The translations under genes were made by a program, and so were the position numbers. Below the pieces are notes generated by a model. That model was not told where the DNA came from. It saw only the letters and a list, made by a program, of their open reading frames with translations, and did no database searches. DNA of 59,541 nt, the filler included, from Basidioascus undulatus (Eukaryota): the NCBI GenBank assembly GCA_000826855.1. It is 3 parts of 3 records of this genome, joined end to end, with 100 filler letters (N's around TTAATTAATTAA, not from the genome) between each part and the next. Parts side by side here need not be neighbours in the genome. Positions count along the whole stretch, not along the records: positions 1 to 19,792 come from JTLS01000398.1; positions 19,893 to 39,668 come from JTLS01000399.1; 1 more part is not named here. One strand, 5' to 3'. Below are positions 12,443 through 23,196 of this stretch, in pieces; position 1 is the stretch's first letter, and every line of letters starts with the position of its first letter.

Positions 12443-12909
12443 GGTGTGCTGTGCGCTGGCAGTCTGAGTGGAGCGAGAGGGGCACATTTATATGTGTATG
12501 AACGCTTTGGAAAGTAGTGAGTGAGCTCCCGCGGGGCACGATCGATAGCGACCGCGGGGGGGGATCGGACGGGTTGCGCAGGTGGACGGCTCGCCAGGCA
12601 CCTGCGGCAGAGTCTTCGGATGCGGAGAACGATCGTGACGGGTGCTGGACTGGAAGGCAGTGTTGCCTTCTTCCCGCACCCCTCACCCGCATCCGAGCGA
12701 GCAGCGAAAGGAGAATCGAAGATGCGAAAAGCAGGATCAGGACCGAGTTTGAAGACAACGCGATCAATGGGGTCGTTTGCGTGCGCCGGTCGAGCAGGTG
12801 AGAGTGTGCGCGAGTCTTCGATGCGTGAGCGTTCCTCAGCCCCCCTTTCTCTTTCGCACACTCACACATTCCCTTTACCTCCTCTGCTAATTCCCACCCA
12901 AAACGTCAG

Positions 12910-13164
12910 GTAATCGACACCTCCCCACCCTTCGAGATCAAGCCCCCCGGCTGGCGCGGGACGCGCCGACGCGCCCCCGCCGGCCGCAAGCAGCACCACC
13001 AGCGCATGGCGCGCGAATGGGACGGCTTCTGCGAGTCCCACTTCGTCGGGCGGGATGGCAGCGGGGGAGGCGGACTCGGGCGCCAGAGAGGGGGGAGCGC
13101 GGTGGCCGGCGCTGGTGCTTGGCGCGGGGTGGGGGGTGGTGACTGCGAGCGTGGTTTATCGGTA
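12910..13164 (+). pseudogene. Duplicated, frameshifted copy of the last exon of the GPI protein
   Basis: CAG|VIDTSPPFEIKPPG...ARWPALVLGAGWGVVTASVVYR* mirrors 12176-12442, with a frame change after PPG. Confidence 0.8.
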
Positions 13165-13668
13165 GGGTGCTGGCGGCGAGTGGGGGTGCTTGAACAGGCG
13201 ATGCGAATATGTACATTGTACGAGCGATTTGAGATGTCGCGGCGAGGTGTGAAGCAGAGTGTGGGACTAGAGAGAGCGAGATCAGGGGGATCGAATGGGC
13301 TGCTGCTGAAAGCATCGCCAGACATAGGGAGCTGCTCAGTCAGTCGGGGGTACGCTGGGATGAGTGCCGTGCTTCGAGTTATTCGAAGTGGGAATTGATC
13401 ATGACTCGAAGGTACCTAGGAAGGCGGTGTGATGCGGAGGAGGGCGATGCTCGAGCAAGCGTGAAAGGGGCCTCTAGCAAGAGGGGAAGGAAATAAAAAT
13501 TGCATCGGTAGAGTGGTTTCGAAGATAATCCAGCGGTGGGATGTGAGCGGTGTGCGCGAGTCGATCGAGTACCGAGAATGAGCGAGCATCGTGAGCGTTC
13601 CCTCAGCCTTCCTTCCTTCCTTCGCGCACCCGCAAATCACCGCGAGCCTCAATGTACCCACAGATGAA

Positions 13669-14150
13669 TTACTCCTTCCCCGGCAGCTGCCCGAGCGTCT
13701 CCAGCGGCACCTCGAGCCCGACCCGGCGCGCGGTCGCGCGCACGCGCTCGTCCTGCGTCTGGTCGTGGAGGGGGTTGTAGCGGTCGAGGAGCTCCTATTG
13801 TCCGTCCGGATCCACGGTCAGCTCATAGAAAACTCAAACCAGGAGAATAGAAGGGGAAATAGATGGGGAGAAACGGACCTTGTGCAGCCTCTGCGCCTTC
13901 AAAAAGGCGATCACGTTCTGCGCGTCCCGGTGTGCTACGGCGGAGGCGGGGCGGGCGGCGAAGAGCGTGCGGAGCTGGGAGGCGATGAGCGGGTTGCGCT
14001 CGGTGCGCGGAGAGATGGACTGTCCCGGCCCAATGCACAGTGGTGAGTGTGACTGGGGAAGGTGGGCAAGAAAGGGGAATGGCGCACTGATTTGCGCAGC
14101 TCGCGGAGGAGGTGGCGGTAGAGCGTTTGCGGAGTTGCGGCGGCGGACAT
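13669..14150 (-). CDS. FMC1: Mitochondrial ATP synthase assembly factor Fmc1 (LYR family), 3 exons
   Basis: MSAAATPQTLYRHLLRELRKS|...AQNVIAFLKAQRLHK|ELLDRYNPLHDQTQDERVRATARRVGLEVP. The LYR motif and the ELLxRYNP...TARRVGL signature are present. Confidence 0.9.
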
Positions 14151-14354
14151 TCTGGTGCGAATTTGAGGAATGGACCGGGAGGGGGAGCTGTGGTTGTGTG
14201 GTGGGTGGGGGAAGGCAGGCAGGCGGTGGGAGGGGGTCAAGAGGGAAGACGCAGACTCGGGCCTGCGCACGCGCTTCTTGTCCCCGAACCGCGTCCATCT
14301 CTCGCCCCTCGTCCTCCTCGCCACCGCCTTCCTCGCCTCCTCCACTCACGCACC

Positions 14355-15505
14355 ATGTCCGAGCGTAAAGTGTGCGTCTACCAGCTTTCATTGTCCCAGT
14401 CTCCTCCGAGCGCCGTGTTGCTGATGAGCGATTCGGGGTGGGGTGGGACAATAGCCTCAACAAGTACTACCCCCCGGACTTCGACCCGTCCAAGATCGGG
14501 CGCAACAAGCGCCCCAAGGACAGGCAGCAGGTCGTCCGCCTCATGGCGCCGTTCTCCATGCGGTGTAACACGTGCGGGGAATACATCGTGAATCCCGGCC
14601 TCTGAGAGAGAGTGTGGGTGGGAGGCGAGGGGCTGACGATGGCTTGCGGCGGGGGTGCAGTACAAAGGCAAGAAGTTCAATGCGCGGAAGGAGGAGGCGC
14701 AGGGGGAGGACTACTACGGGATCAAGGTGCGTTTTTGGTGCACTCTCATTTTGGGCGGGGGAGGTTGACGCTGACGGCTCGCGTCCCGCAGATCTTCCGC
14801 TTCTACATCAAGTGCACTCTCTGCTCGGCGGAGATCACCTTCAAGACGGACCCCAAGAACACGGACTACGTCGCGGAGCATGGCGCGTCGCGGAACTTCG
14901 AGCCGTGGCGGGACGAGGCGGCCGCGGCGGACGAGGACAAGCTCGCGCGGCTGGAGGAGGAGGAGTACGACCCGATGAAGCAGCTCGAGAACCGGACGCA
15001 GGACGCCAAGCACGAGATGGAGGTGCTCGACGCGCTCGCGGACATCCGCACGCGCAACGCGCGCAACGAGCGCGTCTCAGTGGAGGACCTCCTCCAGCGC
15101 GTGGGGAGGCAGGCCGCGGAGGAGGTCACGGAGGAGGATTTGGAGAAGCTCAGGGGAGAGGAGGAGGACGAGCAGCTCGTCAGGAAGGTGTTCTCCAAGA
15201 TCCCCGCTGGGCCGGCTACAGCACCCCGCGCCGACGACGACGCCGAGGAGCCGCAGCGCGACGGGCAGCGCGATGGGCAGCGCGATGGGGAGGCGGATGG
15301 CGAGGCGGAGGAGGCAGCGCCGAAGCAGATCACCGTCAAGCGCAAGGCACCCTCCGACGCGCCCGAGCCCGCCCTCGCGTCCCTCCTCTCCGAGAGCGCC
15401 CGCGCCGCGCTGGGGTCGATCAAGCCGCCCGGCCCGCCGCCCGCGAAGAAGAAGAAGGACGGCGGGAAGCCGGGGATCAAGATGGGGATCAAGAAGAAGG
15501 TCTAG
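14355..15505 (+). CDS. YJU2: Splicing factor YJU2/CWC16 (CCDC94)
   Basis: [46 protein letters not shown] and [26 protein letters not shown]...GASRNFEPW. Confidence 0.96.
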
Positions 15506-16303
15506 GTGGCCGGTGGAAGAGGGATTGGACGCTTTTCGCACACTGGCGCTCGCTTTGCCGCTTTTCGGGTTTTGAACGTGTATTTGAGCTTGCATTGTAA
15601 CACTGTATACCCCGCATTTTTTCTGCCTGCCGGTGGACTGTGTCCGTCTGTTCTGTCGCGGGAACCATCACCCTGCTCTTATCTTGTCGTCGCTGAGGGG
15701 TGATACTGGCACAACCAAGAGTCTCCCTCATTCCCGTAACTTTACTGAGCGTTTACTCTATGTAAACGTTCATTTCCAACATCAGACTGGAAGGGAAGAC
15801 CGGTGCCAAAGCCGGGCGATGGGATCGTCCAGGAACACGCAGACGCCGATGCGTAGGTGGGTCTTGACGTGAGCGTTCAGCGTGAACTTGTATTATTCAA
15901 GATCTGGGAGACGGCATGGAGAAAGTAAAGTTTGTTGTGACCTTGTCGGGCTCCGACTTTTCAAAGCTGGCTTGGAGCGCACTGCGCTCAGGCTGGTCTT
16001 CGTATCGGACCTTCGTTTCCTGTCATAGTGGGGAAATTTTATTTAGACATAAGATTCTAGTATGTGATAAGACGCCTTTCCGCCCCCTGCGCCCTCTAGG
16101 ACTCGACTGACAAACGACCCTGCTCATGAACAGGCCCGCGTACAATCCTCTAACGAAGCACTGCACATTCACGCCCCTCCCTCGCGGCCGACTTATCCTC
16201 CTCTGCGCCCCGCGCCTGCCCTGCACGGCGCAGATGCTCGACCTGCGAAGCTCTCTCTAATGCAGCTTCGTCCCCTCCCACAACAGCATCCTGTCCACCT
16301 CTC

Positions 16304-16340
16304 CCACCACCACCACCACCACCTCCTCCTCCTCCTCCTC
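16304..16340. repeat. Compound (CAC)n(CTC)n microsatellite
   Basis: cccaccaccaccaccaccacctcctcctcctcctcctc. Confidence 0.9.
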
Positions 16341-16809
16341 AAATTACGGCGTGCCCCTCGCTGTTCCCTGTCCTGCAGATCACTACGCAGTCCTCACTGT
16401 GACGGAACACCCAGTCCTGGGCGGCCGTTGGATGGCGAGCTAGGAGGTGGGGAGAGTGCGGATGTAAAGCTTTGGGTGAGCGAGGTGAAGGTGCCGCTGG
16501 GTCTTCATCGGAGGGTGCCTGCGCAGGGCGGCCAGTGAGTGGAAGGCAGTCTGAACTTGTTTCCCAAAGTCTGTACGCTGAGCTGTATGAGAGTGCACTG
16601 AGGATATACAGCTCTGGGATTATGAGGCTTGTGCTTAGATGGTTCTTTGTAGTGCATGAGTGCCGACTAGATGGACATACAGCCATTCGAGAGTTTGAAT
16701 GTCAATGAAATATGGCCCATGTCCAACTGATGGCATGTTCAGCTATCTGTGATTAAGTTGGTTTCTCTCCCAGGTTTTCTTGCTCCTGGATCTGTCACTG
16801 TCTAGTGAG

Positions 16810-17487
16810 TGAAGATTTGAAGAACTGAAGGTCTGAAGAATTGAGGGACTGAAGAACTGAAGGGTTGAAGGGGTGAAGAACTGAAGGGTTGATGAAGTGA
16901 AGCTTTAAGGCATGAAGGTCTGAAGGACCAAAGGGTGAAGGATTGAGTGACTGAATGAGTCAAGGACTCAAGGAGTGAAGAAGTGAAGGACTGAAGGGAT
17001 GAAGAGCTTAAGGACTAAAAGATTGAAGGATTGAGGTGTTGAAAGTGTGAAGGTGTGAAGGTTTGAAGGTGTACAGGGCTGAATGTGTGAATGTTTGAAG
17101 GCTTGAAGAACTGAAGGACTGAAGATTTTAAGGTTTGAGGAAATGAAGGAATGAAGTGTTGAAGGATTGAAGGACTGAAGCATTGAAGTGCTGAAGCATT
17201 GAAAAACTGAAGAAATGAAGCATTGGATTATTGAACCACTGAGGGACTTAAAGACTGAAGGAATGAAGAATTGAAGGGGTAAAGGACTTAAGTACTGGAG
17301 TACTGAAGGACTGAATGGTTGAAGAAGTGAGGCACTGAAGAGGTGAAGGACTGAGTGACTGAAAGTTTGAAGGATTGAATACCGAAGAGTGAAGGAGTAA
17401 ATAATTGAAGGAAGGGGTGAAAACCTGAAGGGTTGACCTGAAGAAGTGAAGGCCCTGAACAAATGAAGGTTTGAAGGCCTGAAGGTC
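16810..17487 (+). repeat. Degenerate 8-bp tandem array, consensus TGAAG-NNN (TGAAGGAC/T), about 85 units
   Basis: tgaagatt tgaagaac tgaaggtc tgaagaat tgagggac ...; the 8-nt phase is kept almost throughout. Confidence 0.95.
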
Positions 17488-17637
17488 CCTGACTTGAGTG
17501 GATGCCTTTCCGACATTGTGACAAGAAAGCCATCTTGCTGTCATGCTGTGCCTTTTGGTTCTCATTCTTACAGAGGCTTTGTTGGTGTAATTGTGAAGAT
17601 CTGAATGAATGCCACAAAAAGGTGTGTCTGATGTGGA

Positions 17638-17738
17638 CAGGCCATGTCTGTGGGTCAGCCGAGCCATGTCTGAGAGTAAGCCATAGCTTGTCCAAGCTGC
17701 GGCTGAGCCATGTTTGCAGTTCAGCTGAGCCATCTCTG
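17638..17738 (+). repeat. Short array of a (GCT)GAGCCATGTCTG motif, about 5 irregularly spaced copies
   Basis: aggccatgtctg, gccgagccatgtctg, taagccatagct, gctgagccatgtttg, gctgagccatctctg. Confidence 0.75.
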
Positions 17739-17740
17739 TA

Positions 17741-17982
17741 CAGGAAACTGTCTTTACTAGAATACTGTCCTTGGCAAAATTCTGTCCTTACTAGAAAACT
17801 GTCATGGACAGAAAAGCATCCATGACAGAATTCTGTCCTTGCCAGAAAACTGTCCTGCACAGGAAACTGTCTTTGATAGAATTCTGCCCTTCCAGAAAAC
17901 TGCCCTTGCCAGTATACTACTGTCCCTGACAGAAAAAACTGGCACTGACAGAAAGCTGTCACTGACAGAAAACTGTCCAGGA
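17741..17982. repeat. 17-bp tandem array of palindromic units (GACAG-AAAA-CTGTC core), about 14 copies
   Basis: caggaaactgtctttac tagaatactgtccttgg caaaattctgtccttac tagaaaactgtcatgga ... cagaaagctgtcactga cagaaaactgtccagga. Confidence 0.92.
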
Positions 17983-18437
17983 CTTCCACTGCCGGATTTG
18001 TGTCCTTGACAGTATCTCTGAAGTTTCAAGAAGCGTGGAGCTCCGTTGAACATCGTTTCTCCTCTACAAAAGCGCAGAGAAATGTCGGTAATTGTGAAGA
18101 GGCATGAGCGTAGCTTGCATTGCACAGACTCCATTGCACAGAACCAGTCTCTGGCCCACTCATTGATCGTGGTTGCCCTTCAGCTTTTGCACCATTATGT
18201 GCACAAGACCTCAAGCACTCTCTTGGGCAAAAGCGGCTGAATGCGGACTGCTTATGCATTGCAAGGTCAAGCTCTATACTGCAAACAGCGTCCACACGCC
18301 GGTAGGGATCGACAGAGTAGGACGCAGCTGCCGGTCGTTGCGTAGGTTATTAAACACATGAGATAGGTTTCAATCATATTGAAACGGGTTCTTCCATCCC
18401 TTACCACCCACCCCCGCCCGGTCCCCACTCGCCATCA

Positions 18438-19414
18438 TCACATTCTATCCCATCCCCCATTAGACACCCATTCCTCAAGCTCCCTCGCCAATCTCCGCGC
18501 CCCAGTCTCCAAGCTCTCCTCCCTCCCGCCCCTCCACACCTCGCACACGACCCTCCGCGCCCCGCCCTTACGGGGCCGTACGCGCACCGCGATGCGCGCG
18601 CGGGAGAAGTCTAGGGAGACGTGTGAAAAGGGGATGGAGAGAGGGGAGGTTGATGGGGAGAGGGTGAGGGTTCCGGAGGGGAGCAAGTGGAGGAGGAGGA
18701 GGTCAAGGAGGCGGGCGCGGGGCTGGTCCTGCGTGGTGGAGGGAGGGGTATTTAGAGCGACAGGGAGAAGGAGAATGGGGGAAGAGGACAGAAGGGAGAA
18801 TAGGGGAGGAGGAAGGAGAAGAGGGAGGGACGCACGAGCTCGAAGATGTCATCCCAGCTCGTCTGCTCGAGCATGTACACGCTTTCCTCGCTCCTCCAGT
18901 CTTCCGCAACGCGGAGCGCGAGGAAGCGGTCGAGCACGGCCGTCTCGCGGTGGTGCGCGTGTTGGAGGGTGATTGGTAGACTTTCGGAGGAGGAAGAGAA
19001 GGTGGTGGTGGAGGAGGGGAGCGAGGCGGGGAAGGGGTCTGACGTGTAGGGCGGGCGGATCTGGGAGAAATAGAGGGGCAGGTAGTGCGAGCGGAGGAGG
19101 TGCATGGTCGCTGTTCCGGCTTCCTCCCCGTTCAGTCACAGCCCGCTGATATTCTGAATACAGAGAAGAAAAGGATACGAGGGATAAAGAGGAAGGAGAG
19201 GAGAAGGAGGACGCACTGAGGTAAAACAGCCTCCCCACCCTCCTCACATTCAACAGCAGCTCCGCATGCGCCTGCGGGTGCGGCTCGTCTCTGTAAGAGC
19301 GGATGGAGGTATAGTGCTGGAGGATGAGGACGATGATGTGCGGGCGTCGTCGCGTGGTGGGTCAACGAGCGGCAGGGCGGCGGCGGGGCTGGGCGGGGCG
19401 GAGGGGAGACACAT
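18438..19414 (-). CDS. Hypothetical protein (multi-exon; 5' end uncertain)
   Basis: Spliced frames PHIIVLILQHY...LFYL|, MHLLRSHYLPLY...RETAVLDRFLALRVAED...DDIFEL| and ...VVCEVWRGGREESLETGARRLARELEEW*. GT-AG introns, with TATAAA about 45 bp upstream. Confidence 0.6.
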
Positions 19415-19792
19415 GCGGACTGGAAGGCTCAGGTTGTGGGGTGGACGAGCGCGGCGCTTTATAGTGCGTAGTTTCTCTCCTCTGTTTCTTTACTGGGGGG
19501 TGGCGGGCTGAGAGCGGTGTACAACCGACAGTCGGTTCGCGGATTCCTCAGATCTGTGCGTTTCTCTGGGAGTATGTGAGGTTTTGGAGGGAGAGGCGGG
19601 ACTGATGCGCGTGGGAACGGATGGACAGTCAAGAACCTCAAGACCAAGTGCGAGGGCCTCTCCCTCTCCCTCTTCGTCTTCGCCCTGGTAGGGAACATCA
19701 CCTGTGCGTCCTCTCCTCCAGCTCTTCCCTCTCCCACTACCCTTCCCCTCTCCCTCTCTCCCATCCTATCCCACTCCCTCCCCCCCTCCCCC

Positions 19793-19892
19793 NNNNNNNN
19801 NNNNNNNNNNNNNNNNNNNNNNNNNNNNNNNNNNNNTTAATTAATTAANNNNNNNNNNNNNNNNNNNNNNNNNNNNNNNNNNNNNNNNNNNN
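19793..19892. other. Assembly spacer (N-run with TTAATTAATTAA six-frame stop linker)
   Basis: 44 N + TTAATTAATTAA + 44 N. Confidence 0.97.
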
Positions 19893-20959
19893 GTCGGGGG
19901 CCGCGGGCGCAGGAGGGGCGCAGGAGGAGGGGGGAGGCGCGGGTCTCGCGCGGGAGCGGAGGTGGCGAGGGGTTGAGGAGGAGGAGGCGCAGGAGGGAGG
20001 AAGTCGTCTTCCCTTTTGCTTTCGCGTTTGGTCTTTCTCAGTTTTCATTTACAAGTTTGTTGTGTTCCTCTCACGCATCGTTGTGAATCTCATTGTACCA
20101 ACAGTTTCGACATTCCTCCCTCCCCAACACTCCCCGCATCTCATCCTGTTCTCTCCCTCACCCACCGCATACCTAGCAAACCCCAGCATTCCCGTCGCAT
20201 CACATAGCAGCTCAAACCGAGGCATTGCCATCTAGTCCTTTCGGAGACTGGCGCATTTTTCGCATGTACCCACCACAGTGTCAAGTGTCGGCTCACTGTC
20301 GCATCGTACTAGTATTCGCATGTCAACTCAATTCGAGTTCTAAGGGTGTTTAGACTGCGACGATGTTCAGATGATTTGTCTGGAGACGCGCTATATTCAT
20401 TTGCAGTTGTTTGTATGATTCAGTAGCGCGTACGACGGAGGGTGAGACGAACGGGCTCTAAGCAGCAAGGCTGTCGGATTTCTTCGCAGGCTAACATTTT
20501 TAATGCACAATGGGAAATGAAACAGGATTTCAACTTAGAAGATGCAAATGTGTTTGTAATAAACGGCTCGGCTGTGCTAAAGATCGGGTCTCTGCTTTCA
20601 ATCTACCAGTGCAAGGACGCTGGCTGGCTTGCGAGACTAGCTAGTCGTTCCTGTTCTGCCTCGATGCTTTCATAACATCAACCATCTTCACTGCACCCAT
20701 CTTCACTGCACGGTCCACAAGTTGCACCGCTCAATTTCTCGGGAAGAACCGATTACTGAGTGCCGCACCACCTTACCTCCACGAGCCTGAGGCTGAGGTC
20801 AGCCGAACACTGTGCGTCTAAAGGTCAGGCTGCCGAACGCTTACGCGATGCCTCGGACAGCGTAAAGCAGGTAAGTGAGGTTGTGACTCTCGTCAGAAAA
20901 GAGAATTATCATATAGTGCATTTTCCAGCTTTGTCTTCCCCTTCAGCACATTTATCTCA

Positions 20960-21959
20960 TCCGCACGCGCTGTGCATCCTCAACACCATCCTCCGACAAT
21001 TCGTCACTGTTATCGACTAATTTTCGAACTTTTCCATAATCCTATACCCCGTGCACACCATACTCGACATACCCTCCCGCACGCCCGGCCGCACCATTCT
21101 CGGGTACCTCGTCCGGCCCCCGACTTCGACGTCCGAATCGGCAGGCATGACTGGTCCAAAGCCAGTGCTCATCAGCTTCCATGGCAGTTGGCTGGGTGCT
21201 GGAAAACCTCGGGCACGACGCGGGGTTCATCAAGGCTATGTCGGAGGGCGTGGGGTGCCTTGTGCTAGATGCAGACTATCGAAAGGTACGTCCACCGGTC
21301 AAAGACATGCACTTTGCAAAACGTATCTGTACTGATACAGATGTTGACCTACAGGCCCCCGAGCACCCCTTCCCTGCCCCCGTCGAAGACACCGAAGACG
21401 TGCTCTCCACGTGCTACCCCGACCCGCCGAGTTCGACACGTCCCGCATCGCGCTGAGCGGCTTCTCCGCGGGAGCGAACCTCGCCCTGGTCCTGAGCAGT
21501 TCCGCCCTCGGGGCTGTCTACGTCAAGACCGTCTGTGCCTTCTACCCCGCCACGGACCTGACGCTGACGCAGGAGGAAGGTTTCGCGTCCACGCCGGATA
21601 TGCTCATCGACGGAGCCATGACGATGCCGATCGTCTGGTCAGGCTGTTCATGGAGTCGTACATGCTCAACGTTGCAGACGACGACGCCAGAGACCTGCGG
21701 CTCTCGCCACAGTTCGCGAAAATGCGACCCGGTTTCGAGACAGCATCCTGCTGCTCACTGCGTCGGGGGACTCGCTTTGCGCCGAGGGGGAGGCGTTTAC
21801 TCAACAGCTCAAGAGCGCGGGGAAGGGCGTGGAGCTGGTGCGCATGAAAGGCGTTGCACATGGTGGGATACACATTCGAAACCGGGGCAGAAGGGGTGGG
21901 AGGTGAGGGAGCGAGGGTATACTCTTGCTGCCGAACATCTGACAAGGGTGTTTTCGTGA
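20960..21959 (+). pseudogene. Alpha/beta hydrolase fold-3 esterase/lipase pseudogene
   Basis: PVLISFHGS/GWVL, VLDADYRK|APEHPFPAPVED, FDTSRIALSGFSAGANLA, FYPATD, LSPQFA, GDSLCAEGEAF, MKGVAH/WD. At least four frame changes. Confidence 0.85.
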
Positions 21960-23196
21960 AGTGAGTGGCAAAATGCCTAATAAGACTGCTAATACATTTA
22001 ACATTGCTAGAACAGCAGTATGGGCAATGATATATGATGAAGGAGTGAAGAACATGTTTCTACATAGTAAGGTCCATGACCGATGTCAGCGTGAGTCCTG
22101 AAAAGTCGAAGCAGTCTTGGTAAGGCGGTGCCAACGTATCCTGCTGAAAAGCCAAAATTTTTATGATTTTTTGATGTATTTTTCATTCCTCGCTCACCGC
22201 CGTGGACTCCTGCTGTACCACAACACAATGCGAGGCGACGGGCGAGGATGCTCCCTGCAGCCGTAACTGAGAGTGTTACTCACTGTCCGTTTCTCCAAAT
22301 ATTTGATTCATTAGCAGGTATAGACGAAAGCTTCTGTCGGCTTAATTCTAAGGGATCTTCCCTCAAGAGGGAGCAGCGGCTTTGTGAGGAGCGAGGCTAT
22401 TCAGAGGACAGCCAAAGACACATGCAGTGTGACGCAGTCCAGCAGCTCCAGAACGCTTTTAACCGTGAGCAGAGACTCACGTCCGCAGTACATTATAGCC
22501 TATTTTGTCTGATATTACGCGTCGGTGTTGCGCAGAATCCGTCTGGCTTATCAGTGAACGGGCGGAGCGGGCGGACAACGCATAATGGCAGCGCAGGTCC
22601 GCCAGTTGCTCCGGTCCTGGGTGAAGTGAATGAGGGGAAGCGTATGATGTGTATACTGTACTAGTGTTAACCAACAGGTACGAAAAATGCAGGCCGAACG
22701 CGAAGTGAGGCAACGCCAGAACTGGCCGGAAACCCTGCAAAAGCTAGAAGCTGTCATCGCGTTCGGTTGACAGCCTGACAGTGCAGCCGTCTAACTCGTC
22801 CCGCTCATTGCACTTCCGCGACTTGAATCAGATATTGACTTCTCGAAGCAACCTGCCTTTCTGCCTTCTTCTGCTACGTTGCTTCTGTACATAGTCCATC
22901 ACACCTGGACGCCGGAAACGTCTGGACCTTGTCAAACCGGGTGCTTTCGGTCCACTTCATGCTTCGAATTCACTTTGCTACTATTGAACTACGCTACCCG
23001 TTCGATCACATGTAGCCTCAGGGTTTGGCGAACTCAAGGGGACTGTCCAGTGTCGCGTTGCCTGCGCGCAGTTGCCGAACACCATCATCTCCTCCCCGGC
23101 ATCCATTCTGATCAACGGCTCACGTCGAACCGCCTTGGGCGGCCCGGCCTTACCTACTGACGCTCGTTTCCCGATCTTCCTTCTTCCATTATCACC

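Noticed and set aside
15253..15288. QRDG x3 12-bp repeat in YJU2
   Set aside because: Ordinary in-frame slippage in a disordered tail.
17741..17982. CRISPR-like palindromic repeats
   Set aside because: The units abut without unique spacers, there are no cas genes, and the context is eukaryotic.
16968..17989. Long minus-strand ORFs (182, 161 and 233 aa) rich in F/S/L/Q
   Set aside because: By-products of the tandem arrays, which lack stops on that strand.
19837..19848. TTAATTAATTAA palindrome within an N-run (also at 39713-39724)
   Set aside because: Artificial contig-joining linker with stops in all six frames; it is not biological.
20682..20711. 15-bp tandem duplication CCATCTTCACTGCAC
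   Set aside because: An isolated slippage-type event with no associated element.
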